A stretch of DNA of 64,000 nucleotides from positions 68,139-132,138 of the forward strand of contig JAVQZY010000019.1 of the NCBI GenBank assembly GCA_033582675.1. Direction: 5' to 3'. The position numbers and the translations under genes were made by a program. The notes below the pieces were generated by a model. The model had not been told where the DNA came from. It saw only the letters and a list, made by a program, of their open reading frames with translations, and ran no database searches. Of this stretch, positions 35,651 to 45,310 are shown piece after piece (the first letter of the stretch is position 1; each line of letters opens with the position of its first letter). The stretch comes from Burkholderiales bacterium. Its GTDB lineage: Bacteria; Pseudomonadota; Gammaproteobacteria; Burkholderiales; SG8-39.

Positions 35651-37600
35651 ATGGACCCGGCAAGGACCGCGTACCGGCACTGGCGCTACGAGCGTGACGC
35701 CGAAGGCCTCGTCTGGCTCACGTTCGACAAGGCGGGGGAATCCGCGAACACGTTCTCGCGCGAAGCGCTCGCGGAGCTTTCGGCGGCGCTCGACGAGATC
35801 GCCGCCACCGCCCCGCGGGGGCTCGTCATCCGTTCGGCAAAGGAGAACTTCATCGCCGGCGCGGACGTCGAGGAATTCACCCGCTTTCGCACGCACGAGG
35901 AAGCGCTCGAGTTCGTTCGCCTCGGCTGGGACGTGCTCGCGAAGCTGCGCGCGCTTCCGTTTCCGACGACCGCGATGGTGAACGGCTTCTGCATGGGCGG
36001 AGGACTGGAGCTTGCGCTCGCCTGCCGCTACCGCGTGGCGCTCGACGACCCGCGGACGCGCTTTGCGTTTCCCGAGGTGATGCTCGGGATCGTGCCCGCC
36101 TGGCACGGCGTCGCGTGGCTTCCGCCGCTCGTCGGGCCGGCGGCCGCGTTCGACATGCTGCTCACCGGCCGCGCGGTCGATGCGCGCCGCGCGAAAAAAA
36201 TCGGGCTCGTCACCGAAACGGTGCCGCTGCGCATCCTCGAGAACACTGCGCGCCTCGTGACGCTCGAGGCGCCGCCGCCGCGCCGGCTTTCGCTTCCCGA
36301 CCGGCTGATGCTCGGGCCGCTCAAGGGCCTCGTCGTCGCGCAGGCGAAAAGGCGCGTCTCGAAACGCGCGCGCCGCGAGCACTACCCGGCGCCCTACGCG
36401 ATCCTCGCGCTCTGGAAAAAATACGGCGGCGACCCGTTCGCGAACCCCGAGGACCCCGAGTGCTCGATCCGCATGCTTTTCGAGCACCCGACGACGAAGA
36501 ACCTGATCCGGCTTTTCTTCCTCCAGGAGCGGTTGAAGTCGTTCGGCAAGGGCTCGGCGTTCGCCGCGCGGCACGTGCATGTGGTCGGCGCCGGCGTCAT
36601 GGGCGGCGACATCGCCGCGCTGTGCGCGCTGCGCGGCCTCGCGGTGACGCTGCAGGACACCTCGGCCGAGCGCATCGCGCAGGCGCTCGCGCGCGCGGCG
36701 AAGCTCTTTTCGCGCCGGCTGCGCGATGTCCGGCGCGAGCGCGACGCGATGGACCGGCTGATCCCGGACGTCGCCGGCGCCGGCGCGCGCCGCGCCGACG
36801 TCGTGATCGAGGCGATCTACGAAGACCTGCAGGCGAAGCGCGCGCTCTTCGCGAGGCTCGAGGCGGAGGCGAAACCCGAAGCGGTGCTCGCGACCAACAC
36901 GTCGAGCCTGCGCCTTGCCGACATCGCCGCCGCGCTGCGCGATCCGGCGCGGCTCGTCGGCATCCATTTCTTCAATCCGGTGTCGCAGATGATGTTGGTC
37001 GAGGTGGTCGCCGGCGATCGCACCGATCCGGCGCTCGCGCAGCGCGCCGCCGCGTTCGTGCGTAAGCTCGACAAGCTGCCGCTGCCGGTGAAGGACGCGC
37101 CCGGTTTTCTCGTCAACCGCGTGCTCGGGCCGTACCTTCAGAACGCGTTCCGCATGCTCGATGAAGGCACGAAACCGGAGACGATCGACGCCGCGATGGA
37201 GGCGTTCGGCATGCCGATGGGGCCGATGGAACTCGCCGACACCGTGGGGCTCGACATCTGCCTGCACGCGGGCCGCTCGCTCGCGAAAAGGACGGGCGCA
37301 GCCGAGCCCGAGCCGCCGCAGCTGCTCGCGAACAAGGTCGCGCTCGGGCATCTCGGCAGAAAGAGCGGCCAGGGCATCTACCGCTGGGTCGACGGAAAGC
37401 CGGTGAAGGGCCGCCCCGACGCCTACGGCCCGGACCTCGTCGAGGCGTTGATCGAGCCGTACCTTGCCGAGGCGCAAGCGGTGCTCGCCGAGGGCATCGT
37501 CGCCGACGCCGATCTGGTCGACGCCGGGCTCGTGTTCGGCAGCGGCTTTGCGCCGTTTCGCGGCGGGCCGCTTCACTACCTCGCCGAAAAGAGGAAGTAG
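35651..37600 (+). CDS. Multifunctional enoyl-CoA hydratase / 3-hydroxyacyl-CoA dehydrogenase (FadB/FadJ-like)
   Basis: Intact 649-aa ORF. The N-terminal crotonase half reads FIAGADVEEF and NGFCMGGGLELALAC. The C-terminal half has the NAD site VHVVGAGVMGGDIAALCA and NTSSLRLADIA. Confidence 0.9.
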   Translation: MDPARTAYRHWRYERDAEGLVWLTFDKAGESANTFSREALAELSAALDEIAATAPRGLVIRSAKENFIAGADVEEFTRFRTHEEALEFVRLGWDVLAKLRALPFPTTAMVNGFCMGGGLELALACRYRVALDDPRTRFAFPEVMLGIVPAWHGVAWLPPLVGPAAAFDMLLTGRAVDARRAKKIGLVTETVPLRILENTARLVTLEAPPPRRLSLPDRLMLGPLKGLVVAQAKRRVSKRARREHYPAPYAILALWKKYGGDPFANPEDPECSIRMLFEHPTTKNLIRLFFLQERLKSFGKGSAFAARHVHVVGAGVMGGDIAALCALRGLAVTLQDTSAERIAQALARAAKLFSRRLRDVRRERDAMDRLIPDVAGAGARRADVVIEAIYEDLQAKRALFARLEAEAKPEAVLATNTSSLRLADIAAALRDPARLVGIHFFNPVSQMMLVEVVAGDRTDPALAQRAAAFVRKLDKLPLPVKDAPGFLVNRVLGPYLQNAFRMLDEGTKPETIDAAMEAFGMPMGPMELADTVGLDICLHAGRSLAKRTGAAEPEPPQLLANKVALGHLGRKSGQGIYRWVDGKPVKGRPDAYGPDLVEALIEPYLAEAQAVLAEGIVADADLVDAGLVFGSGFAPFRGGPLHYLAEKRK

Positions 37601-37601
37601 C

Positions 37602-38015
37602 GTGGACCGAAGCGCGCAGGAGCCGCCCGAGGCCGCGCTGCCCGAAGGCCGCCTGCCGGCGCTGCGCGTCGTGCCGATGCCGGCGGATGCCAACCAGAAC
37701 GGCGACATCTTCGGCGGCTGGATCATGGCGCAGGTGGACATCGCCGGCGCGACCGTCGCCGGGCGCCTTGCGCGCGGCCGCGTCGCCACCGTCGCGGTGA
37801 ACTCTTTCGTCTTCAAGCAGCCGGTGCAGATCGGCGACCTGCTCTCGTTCTACGCCGACGTCGTGCGCGTCGGCAACACCTCGATCACCGTGAAGGTCGA
37901 GGTCTACGCCGAACGCCGCCCCGAGGCGCCGAGAATCGTCAAGGTCACCGAAGCGACGCTCACCTACGTCGCGATCGACGGCGAGGGTCGTCCGAGGCCG
38001 GTTCCGAAGTCCTGA
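37602..38015 (+). CDS. Acyl-CoA thioesterase (hotdog fold, YciA-like)
   Basis: GTG 37602 lies 1 nt after the upstream stop and gives 137 aa. The text reads PADANQNGDIFGGWIMAQVDIAGATVA...VATVAVNSFVFKQPVQIGDLLSFYADVVRVGNTSITVKVEV. Confidence 0.8.
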   Translation: MDRSAQEPPEAALPEGRLPALRVVPMPADANQNGDIFGGWIMAQVDIAGATVAGRLARGRVATVAVNSFVFKQPVQIGDLLSFYADVVRVGNTSITVKVEVYAERRPEAPRIVKVTEATLTYVAIDGEGRPRPVPKS

Positions 38016-38133
38016 CGCGGCGCGCGGTGCAGATCGCGGCCGCCGGCGGCTTTCGGCGCGCCGCGACGCTGCATCCGCCCGAGACGCCGAACGGCCGCTC
38101 TGCGCTCGTGCACGGCCGCCCCCCCGGAGGCGC

Positions 38134-38775
38134 TCAACCGAGCCCGGGAAAGAGCTGTCGCAGCCCTTCGGCCATCGTCTGCACCGCGAGCGCGGCAAGG
38201 AGCAACCCGAGCAGCCGCGTCGCGATGTTGAGCCCGGTGGTGCCGAGGCGCGCGCCGATCGGTTGTGCGAGCCGCAGCACCGTCCACGTGGCCGCGCACG
38301 CGATCGCGATGCAGCCGAGGATCGCCGCAAGGTGTGCGGCGCCGCCCGGCTGCGCGGCGAGGATCGTGGTGCTGATCGCGCCCGGCCCGGCAAGAAGCGG
38401 CACCGCGAGCGGCACCGCGCCACTTGCCTCGCCGCTCGCCACCTCGCGCGCTTCCGCCCGCGTCTGGCGCACACCGCCCGCCTCGGCGTTCAGCATCGCG
38501 AGCGACATGAGCAGTAGCACCAGACCGCCGCCGACGCGGAACGCCGGAAGGCTCGCGCCGATGAAGACGAGCAGCCGCTCGCCGACGAGCGCCGAGACCG
38601 CGAGCACGGCGAACACGGTGATCGCCACGACCCGCGCGAGCGAGCGGCGCCGCAGCGCCCCGTGATGCGCCGTGAGCGCGAGATAGACCGGAACCGCGAG
38701 GAACGGGTCGAGGACCGCGATCAGCGTGACCAGAAAGCGCGCGTACGCCGAAAGCGGAAGCAGTTCGGCGTCCAC
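38134..38775 (-). CDS. MarC family (UPF0056) integral membrane protein
   Basis: Intact 213-aa ORF with LIAVLDPFLAVPVYLALT and PLAVPLLAGPGAISTTIL, and six predicted TM segments. Confidence 0.82.
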   Translation of the reverse strand: MDAELLPLSAYARFLVTLIAVLDPFLAVPVYLALTAHHGALRRRSLARVVAITVFAVLAVSALVGERLLVFIGASLPAFRVGGGLVLLLMSLAMLNAEAGGVRQTRAEAREVASGEASGAVPLAVPLLAGPGAISTTILAAQPGGAAHLAAILGCIAIACAATWTVLRLAQPIGARLGTTGLNIATRLLGLLLAALAVQTMAEGLRQLFPGLG

Positions 38776-38781
38776 GCCGCC

Positions 38782-39447
38782 CTACCGCGCCGCCGCCGGT
38801 CTTTGCGCGCTCGCCGCCTCCTGCGCCTCTTTTCGCCAGGCTTTCACTTGCGCGAACGCCGGCCGGGCTTCGATCATCGCGAGGTAGGGCTTCACCTGCG
38901 GAATCTCCGCGAGCATATCGCGGCCGAAGGCGAGGCGCGTGGCGAGCGAAACGAGCGGCAGATGCTGCGCCGCGGCGCAGTCGGCGATCGTGAGCTCGCT
39001 TCCGGCGACGAACGGCGAAAAGCGCGCGAGCGCCCCGAACGCGCGCACGCCCTTCGCGAGATCCCTCTCGACCGACTGCTTCGTCGCGTCGGAGAGCGCG
39101 CCGCCGAAGAACACGCCCGGATAGAGCCGGCGCGCGACGAGCTCCACGTGCAGCTCGAGCACCGCCAGCAGTTCGCGCACCTTCGCGCGCGCAAAGGGCG
39201 CCTTCGGAAGGAGCGGCCTTTGCGGATACGCCTCTTCCAGGTATTCGAGGATGACCGAGGATTCGCACAGCCGGCCGTGCGGCGTCTCGAGATAGGGCAC
39301 CTTGCCCATCGGGCTCCTCGCGAGGAAGTCCTCCGCCTGCGACGGCCGCACCGTCGCGTCCTCCTCGAAGGGCACCCCCTTTTCGATGAGCGCGACGAGC
39401 ACCTTGTTGTGGTAGTTGCTGAGGCGAAAACCGCAGAGCTTGAGCAT
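38782..39447 (-). CDS. Glutathione S-transferase family protein
   Basis: Intact 221-aa ORF. The N-terminal thioredoxin-like part reads [20 protein letters not shown]...[25 protein letters not shown], followed by a helical C-terminal domain. Confidence 0.85.
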   Translation of the reverse strand: MLKLCGFRLSNYHNKVLVALIEKGVPFEEDATVRPSQAEDFLARSPMGKVPYLETPHGRLCESSVILEYLEEAYPQRPLLPKAPFARAKVRELLAVLELHVELVARRLYPGVFFGGALSDATKQSVERDLAKGVRAFGALARFSPFVAGSELTIADCAAAQHLPLVSLATRLAFGRDMLAEIPQVKPYLAMIEARPAFAQVKAWRKEAQEAASAQRPAAAR

Positions 39448-39500
39448 CGGCGTTCTCCGGCGGGTGGCGGGCGGGCAGTTCGCGGGATCATAGTAGCCGC

Positions 39501-40328
39501 ATGACGACGGCCGACTTCATCACCGACCTTTCCGGCGAGACCTCCTACGGGGGATACCTGCGGCTCGATCTGGTGCTTTCTGCGCAGCAGCCGCGCTCGC
39601 AGCACCACGACGAGATGATGTTCATCATCCAGCACCAGACCTCGGAGCTGTGGATGAAGCTGATGGTGCACGAGCTCGCCGCCGCGATCGCGCACGTGCG
39701 CGCCGATCGCCTCGCGCCCTGCTTCAAGATCCTCGCGCGCGTCAAGCAGGTGCAGCGCCAGCTCTTCGAGCAGTGGTCGGTGCTCGAGACCCTCACGCCC
39801 TCGGAGTACGTGCAGTTCCGCGGCCTGCTCGGGCCCGCCTCGGGGCTGCAGTCGTTCCAGTTCCGCGCGATCGAGTTCATGCTCGGCAACAAGAACGCGG
39901 CGATGCTCGCGGTGCACCGCCACGACCCGAAGGTGTACGCGTGGCTCGAAGGGCTGCTCGAGGCGCCGAGCCTCTACGACGAGTTCCTGCGCCACCTCGC
40001 CCGGCGCGGCATGCCGGTGCCCGCCGAGCGCGTCGAGCGCGACTGGCGCGAGCCGTACGAGCGCCACCCGCAGGTGGTCGAGGTGTTCCGGCGCGTCTAC
40101 GACGATCCGCAGGCGCACTGGGACGCCTACGACATGTGCGAGAAGCTCGTCGACATCGAGGAGAACTTCCAGCTCTGGCGCTTCCGGCACATCAAGACGG
40201 TCGAGCGCGTGATCGGCTACAAGCCCGGCACCGGCGGCACCGCCGGGGTCGCTTTTCTGCGCAGGACGCTCGAGCGGCCGCTCTTTCCGGAACTGATCGA
40301 CGTGCGCACCGAGATCGGCGCCGCGTGA
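39501..40328 (+). CDS. kynA: Tryptophan 2,3-dioxygenase
   Basis: Intact 275-aa ORF with [40 protein letters not shown] ... [19 protein letters not shown] ... [28 protein letters not shown]. Confidence 0.92.
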   Translation: MTTADFITDLSGETSYGGYLRLDLVLSAQQPRSQHHDEMMFIIQHQTSELWMKLMVHELAAAIAHVRADRLAPCFKILARVKQVQRQLFEQWSVLETLTPSEYVQFRGLLGPASGLQSFQFRAIEFMLGNKNAAMLAVHRHDPKVYAWLEGLLEAPSLYDEFLRHLARRGMPVPAERVERDWREPYERHPQVVEVFRRVYDDPQAHWDAYDMCEKLVDIEENFQLWRFRHIKTVERVIGYKPGTGGTAGVAFLRRTLERPLFPELIDVRTEIGAA

Positions 40329-41463
40329 TCGAAGGCCCGCTCACCGAAGAGGCGCTGCGCCGCGCCGTCTGGCCGCAATTTTCCCGGACGCTCGCCGAAT
40401 ACCGCGGCATCTATCTCGCGAACCACTCGCTCGGACGCCCGCCCGACCGCGCGGCCGAGGACGTGCGCGCCGCGCTCGACGCCTGGTACCGCGACATGGA
40501 CGGCGCCTGGGAGCACTGGTTCGCCGCGCGCGAGAAATTCCGCGCGCTCGTCGCTCGGCTCGTCGGTGCGCCGCGCGCCGACTGCATCGTGCCGAAGGCG
40601 AGCGCAGGCCAGGGCCTGCGCGCCGTCCTTTCGGCGCTTCCGGAGCGGGCGCGCGTCGTCGCGACCGACGGCGAATTCGACTCGCTCGACTTCATCCTCC
40701 GCGTCTGGCGCGACCGGGGCCGGATCGAGCTTCGCCTCGTTCCGTGGCGCGAGCTTTCCGCGGCCGGGGCGGACCTTCTGGTGGTCTCGACCGTGCAGTA
40801 CCGCACCGGCGAGGTGGTCGAGGGCCTGCCCCAGCTCGTTCGCGCGGCGCACGCGCAGGGTGCACGCGTGCTCCTCGACGTCTATCATCACGCGGGCGCG
40901 CTGCCGCTCGATCTCGCCGCGCTCGGCGCCGATTTCGCGGTCGGCGGCTCCTACAAGTACACGCGCGGCGGCCCCGGGCGGCCTGGCTCTACGTGCGGCC
41001 GGACCTCGTCGATACGCTTCGCACGCTCGACACCGGCTGGTTCGCAAAGGAGGCGCCCTTCGCCTACGAACGGCCCGAGCCGCCGCGCTTTGCCGCGGGC
41101 GGCGACGGCTGGCTCGAGTCGACGCCGCCGGTGCTCGCGCCGGCGCAGGCGCTCGCCGGGCTCGAAGTGACGCTTTCGCTCGGCGTCGAGCGACTGCGCG
41201 CCTACAACCTCGCGCAAAAGCGGCGCCTTGCAGAACTCCTTGCCGCGCAAGGCATCGCTGTCGAAGGCGAGGGCGAAGCCTACGGCGCCTTCCTCACCGT
41301 GAGGCATCCGCTCGCTGCGCGCCTCGTCGACGCGCTCGCGCGCCGCGGCGTGGCGACCGATGCGCGCGGCGACCGGCTGCGGCTCTGCCCCGACATCCTC
41401 AATCCGGACGCGGAGCTCGCGGCCGCGGCGCGGGCCGTCGCCGAAGCGCTCAGAAGCTGCTGA
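40325..41463 (+). CDS. kynU: Kynureninase-like class V PLP-dependent enzyme; one frameshift near 40978 as read
   Basis: GTG 40325 overlaps the kynA stop (GTGA). ..[12 protein letters not shown]...[12 protein letters not shown]...[16 protein letters not shown] (ORF 39650..41170 frame) joins [23 protein letters not shown]...RLCPDILN (ORF 40744..41463). The kynureninase assignment rests on the kynA linkage plus the SYKY..GGPGA motif. Confidence 0.7.
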
Positions 41464-41481
41464 TCGCGGCGAGGCGCCGGC

Positions 41482-42733
41482 TCAGGGCGCGGCCTTCGCC
41501 ATGCGCAGCGCCGCAGCGAGCGAGGTCTGTTCCGCGAGCTCCAGTTTCGCGATCGCGTCGCGGTGTACTTCGTCCGGGCCGTCGGCGAAACGCAGCGTGC
41601 GCGCGTGCGCGTAGGCGTAAGCGAGGCCGAAGTCGTGCCGCCACGCCGCCGCCGCCGTGCACCTGCATCGCCCAGTCGATCACCTTGCAGGCCATGTTGG
41701 GCGCGAGCACCTTGATCATCGCGATTTCCTTGCGCGCCGCCTTGTTGCCGACGGTGTCCATCTTCCAGGCGGCGTAGAGCACCATCAGCCGCGCCGAATC
41801 GATGAGGATGCGCGCCTCGGCGATGCGCTCGCGCGTGACGCCGTGCTCGGCGAGCGGCCGGCCGAACGCGACGCGCTCGGTCGCGCGTCGGCACATTTTC
41901 TCGAGCGCGCGCTCGGCCTGGCCGATGAGGCGCATGCAGTGATGGATGCGCCCGGGTCCGAGCCGACCCTGCGCGATCTCGAAGCCGCGGCCCTCGCCGA
42001 GCAGGATGTTCGCCGCCGGCACGCGCACGTCCTCGAACTCGATCTCCATGTGCCCGTGGGGCGCGTCGTCGCAGCCGAACACCGGCAGATGCCGCACGAT
42101 GCGGATGCCGGGCGTGTCGGCCGGAACGAGGATCATCGACTGCTGCGCGTGGCGCGAGGGGTTGTCCGGATCGGTCTTGCCCATCACGATGTAGAGCTTG
42201 CAGCGCGGGTCGCCCGCGCCGCTCGACCACCACTTGCGGCCGTTCAGCACGTACTCGTCGCCGCGCCGTTCGATCCGCATCTGGATGTTGGTCGCATCCG
42301 AGGAGGCGACGTTCGGCTCGGTCATCAGGAACGCCGAGCGGATCCGGCCTTCGAGCAGCGGGTCGAGCCACTGCCGCTTCTGCTCTTCGGTGCCGTAGCG
42401 CTCGAGCGTCTCCATGTTGCCGGTGTCGGGCGCCGAGCAGTTGAACACCTCCGGGGCCCAGTGCACCCGGCCCATGATCTCGCAGAGCGGCGCGTAGTCG
42501 AGGTTCGAGAGCCCGCCGCCGGGTGCGCGCGGCGAGCGCGGCAGAAAGAGGTTCCACAGGCCCGCCTCGCGCGCCTTCGGTTTCAGCTCCTCGATGATCG
42601 GCACCGGCTCCCAGCGCCGTTCGCTCCGCACGTGCGCCCAGTACGCGTCCTCGTTCGGGTAGATGTAGCGGTCCATGAAGTCGAGCAGTTTTTCGCGCAA
42701 CTCCTTCGTGCGCGGGCTGAATTCGAAGTCCAT
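41482..42733 (-). CDS. Acyl-CoA dehydrogenase (ACAD10/11-like C-terminal-type); one frameshift near 41640 as read
   Basis: [28 protein letters not shown]...[18 protein letters not shown]...[23 protein letters not shown]...[13 protein letters not shown] turns to junk. The shifted frame gives [37 protein letters not shown]...AKAAP-TGA (stop 41482-41484). Confidence 0.85.
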
Positions 42734-43803
42734 CAGCGGCTCCTTTGCAGAATTTTCTCGACCTGCCGCCACGCGAGCTCGGCCATGAGCGGCGCGCGCG
42801 CGCCGGCCTCCGCCGCATGCGCGCTCGCGGCGGTGCCCTCCACCGCGCGCTTGGCGATGCCTTGCAGGATCGCGGCGATGCGAAACAGGTTGTACGCCAT
42901 GTAGTAGTCCCACACCGACGGATCGACCGGCGGGCGCCCGGTGCGGCGAAAATACGCCGCCCTGTACTCGGCCTCCGACGGGATGCCGAGCTCCGCGAGC
43001 GGCAGCCCGGCGATGCCGCGGAACTGGCCCGGCGGGATGTGCCAGCTCATGCAGTGGTACGCAAAATCGGCGATCGGATCGCCGAGCGTGGAAAGCTCCC
43101 AATCGAGCACCGCGAGGATCTTCGGCTCGCTCGGATGAAAGATCGCGTTGTCGAGCCGGTAGTCGCCGTGCACCACCCGGGTCTCCGCCGCCCGCGGCAC
43201 GTTCGCCGGCAGCCATTCGATCAAGCGGTCCATCGCCTCGATGCGCACGGTCTCGGAGGCCCGGTACTGCTTGGTCCAGCGGGCGATCTGGCGCTCGATG
43301 TAGTTCCCCGGCCGGCCGAAATCCTCCAGGCCGAGCGCGCGGTAATCGAGCGAATGCAAAAGCGCGATCACGCGGTTGAGTTCGTCGTAGATCGCGCTTC
43401 GCTCCTCGCGCGTCATGCCCGGAAGCCCCTGGTCCCAGAGCACGCGCCCCTCGACGTAGTCCATGACGTAGAACGCGGTGCCGATCACCGATTCGTCCTC
43501 GCACAGGAGGTAGGGCTTCGCGACCGGAAAGCCGGCGGCGTGGAGAGCGCCGATGACGCGGAATTCGCGCTCGACCGCGTGCGCCGAAGGTAGCAGCTTT
43601 CCGGGGGGCTTTCGCCGCAGCACGTAGCGGCGGCCGCGCGCGCTGAGGAGGTAGGTCGGATTGGACTGGCCGCCGCGGAACTGTTCGACCGCGATCGGCC
43701 CGTCGAAGCCCTCGAGCCGCTCGCGCAGGTATTCCTGCAATCGCCCGACGTCGAAACGGTGGCGCGCCTCGACCGGCTTTACGCCGACGAACTGCTCGAA
43801 CAT
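42733..43803 (-). CDS. Aminoglycoside-phosphotransferase-fold kinase (APH/ACAD10-N-terminal-like)
   Basis: Intact 356-aa ORF with [31 protein letters not shown] and [11 protein letters not shown]. Its stop shares one base with the ACAD ATG (TGATG). Confidence 0.85.
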   Translation of the reverse strand: MFEQFVGVKPVEARHRFDVGRLQEYLRERLEGFDGPIAVEQFRGGQSNPTYLLSARGRRYVLRRKPPGKLLPSAHAVEREFRVIGALHAAGFPVAKPYLLCEDESVIGTAFYVMDYVEGRVLWDQGLPGMTREERSAIYDELNRVIALLHSLDYRALGLEDFGRPGNYIERQIARWTKQYRASETVRIEAMDRLIEWLPANVPRAAETRVVHGDYRLDNAIFHPSEPKILAVLDWELSTLGDPIADFAYHCMSWHIPPGQFRGIAGLPLAELGIPSEAEYRAAYFRRTGRPPVDPSVWDYYMAYNLFRIAAILQGIAKRAVEGTAASAHAAEAGARAPLMAELAWRQVEKILQRSR

Positions 43804-43897
43804 CGCGGGCGCAAGGATAATGCGAAACCGGCGCCCGGCGGGGATCGATCGCCGCGACGGCGCCCCGCCTCGCGCGGCCGAGGAAAAGCGCGCCGGC

Positions 43898-44125
43898 TCA
43901 GGCCGGGATGTCGGGCACCAGCCGCGCGCGCAGTCGCTCGATCGAATCTTTCAGGAACAGCTTGCGCTTCTTCAGCCGGCGCAGCTGCAGCTGGTCCTGC
44001 GCCGGATGCTTCGCGAGGCGCATGATCACGTCGTCGAGGTCGCGATGCTCGATCTCGAGGGCACGGATCCGCTCCTCGATCCGGGCCCGTTCCTCCTCGG
44101 TAAGCGCGCCCATGGCTAACGCCAC
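43898..44125 (-). CDS. DUF465 (YdcH-like) small protein
   Basis: 75-aa ORF. IRALEIEHRDLDDVIMRL....DQLQLRRLKKRKLFLKDSIERLRARL fits the DUF465 pattern. The start may instead be the second Met, at 44113. Confidence 0.75.
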   Translation of the reverse strand: MALAMGALTEEERARIEERIRALEIEHRDLDDVIMRLAKHPAQDQLQLRRLKKRKLFLKDSIERLRARLVPDIPA

Positions 44126-44326
44126 CCTCCTGACAAATTTTTGCCGGCGCGCGCTCCGCGGCGGCCAGAAATTTCACGGCCCGCCGCGGGTGCCGCTCGA
44201 GCATGCTAGCGCGTCTCGCCGTCAGGGAAAAGACCCGACCCCGGCGCGGCCGGGGTGGCCGATGGCCGGCCGAGGGGCCGAGAATCGGTACCCCTCTGGG
44301 GTCCCCGAGCGCGAGCGGCGTACGCG

Positions 44327-45306
44327 ATGCGACGCAACGACCACGACGTCACCGACCGGATCCGCACGACCGACCCCGCGGCTGTGCGCGCCGAGGTACT
44401 GCGGCTTTTCCGTCGCCTGTACGACGACGCCGCGCGGCCGGCGATCGCGCGCGCGATTCGCGCCGCGTTCGCCGATCTGCGCGCGCGCCTTCCGCGGCGA
44501 GGACCCCCGCTTTCACCCCTGCGACACCGCCTATCACGATATCCAGCACGTGCTCGATGTGACGCTCGCGATGGCGCGGTTGATGGACGGTTACGAGCGC
44601 AGTCGAAGCGGCGCACCCTCGCTTGCGGCCCGCGCACTTCGCGCTCGGCGTGATCGCCGCGCTGTACCACGATTTCGGTTACCTGCGCCGCCGCGCCGAC
44701 CGCGTTCGCCGCTACGGCGCTCAGTACACGCTCACGCACGTCTCGCGCGGCGCGCGCCACCTTCGGCATTACCTTCCCCGCCTGGGGCTCGGCCGCCTCG
44801 CGCGCGCCGGGGCGACCCTGCTGCACTATACCGGCTACGAGCGCGCGGCGGACGACGATCCGCCTGGGCGACGCGCTGCTGCGCCGCATCGGCCACATGC
44901 TCGGCACCGCCGACATCATCGCGCAGATGTCGGACCGCTGCTATCTGGAGAAATGCCGCGATCGCCTCTACCCGGAGTTCGTGCTGGGCGGCATCGCGCG
45001 CCGGCGCCTTCCGAGCGGGCGCGAGCAGGTGCTGTTTCGCTCGGGCGACGATCTGGTGCGCAAGACCCCGCGTTTCTACCGCAACGCCGCGCGGCGGCTC
45101 GACCTGCAGCTTGCGCGCGCCTACGAATACGCCGAGCGCCACTTCGGCGGGCAGAACCTCTACCTCGAGGAGATGCACAAGAACGTGCGCTACGCCGAGG
45201 CGCTCGGGCAGTCGCGCCGGTCCCTGGCTCCTGCAGGCGCAGGCCGCCCGAGACGCTCGCCGACGGCGTCGAGCCGTATCCGAAGGACCTGGTCCTGCGG
45301 AACTGA
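44327..45306 (+). pseudogene. HD-domain protein, about four frame changes as read
   Basis: The reconstructed text is MRRNDHDVTDRIRTTDPAAVRAEVLRLFRRLYDDAARPAIARAIRAAFADLRA / FRGEDPRFHPCDTAYHDIQHVLDVTLAMARLMDGYERSRSGAPSL / PAHFALGVIAALYHDFGYLRRRADRVRRYGAQYTLTHVSRGARHL... / RLGDALLRRIGHMLGTADIIAQMSDRCYLEKCRDRLYPEF...EEMHKNVRYAEAL. The frame changes lie near 44485, 44625, 44862 and about 45220. The C-terminal end is uncertain. Confidence 0.6.
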
Positions 45307-45310
45307 CGGT

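Noticed and set aside
31617-37816. Very long minus-strand ORFs (31617..34265, 882 aa; 33989..37816, 1275 aa) and the plus-strand 1270-aa ORF 31826..35638
   Set aside because: They are antisense or out of frame relative to the clearly recognisable fadE, thiolase and fadB-like genes. Their translations are monotonous R/A/G/P/D strings with no motifs. This is the typical absence of stops in non-coding frames of high-GC DNA. The same applies to 10084..12858, 15733..17739, 23497..26157, 28188..30959, 50883..52742 and others.
38020-38067. GC-rich inverted repeat GCGGCGCGC...GCGCGCCGC between the convergent thioesterase and marC genes as an intrinsic terminator
   Set aside because: The loop is about 30 nt and no U-tract follows on either strand. 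Such GC palindromes are common by chance at this GC content.
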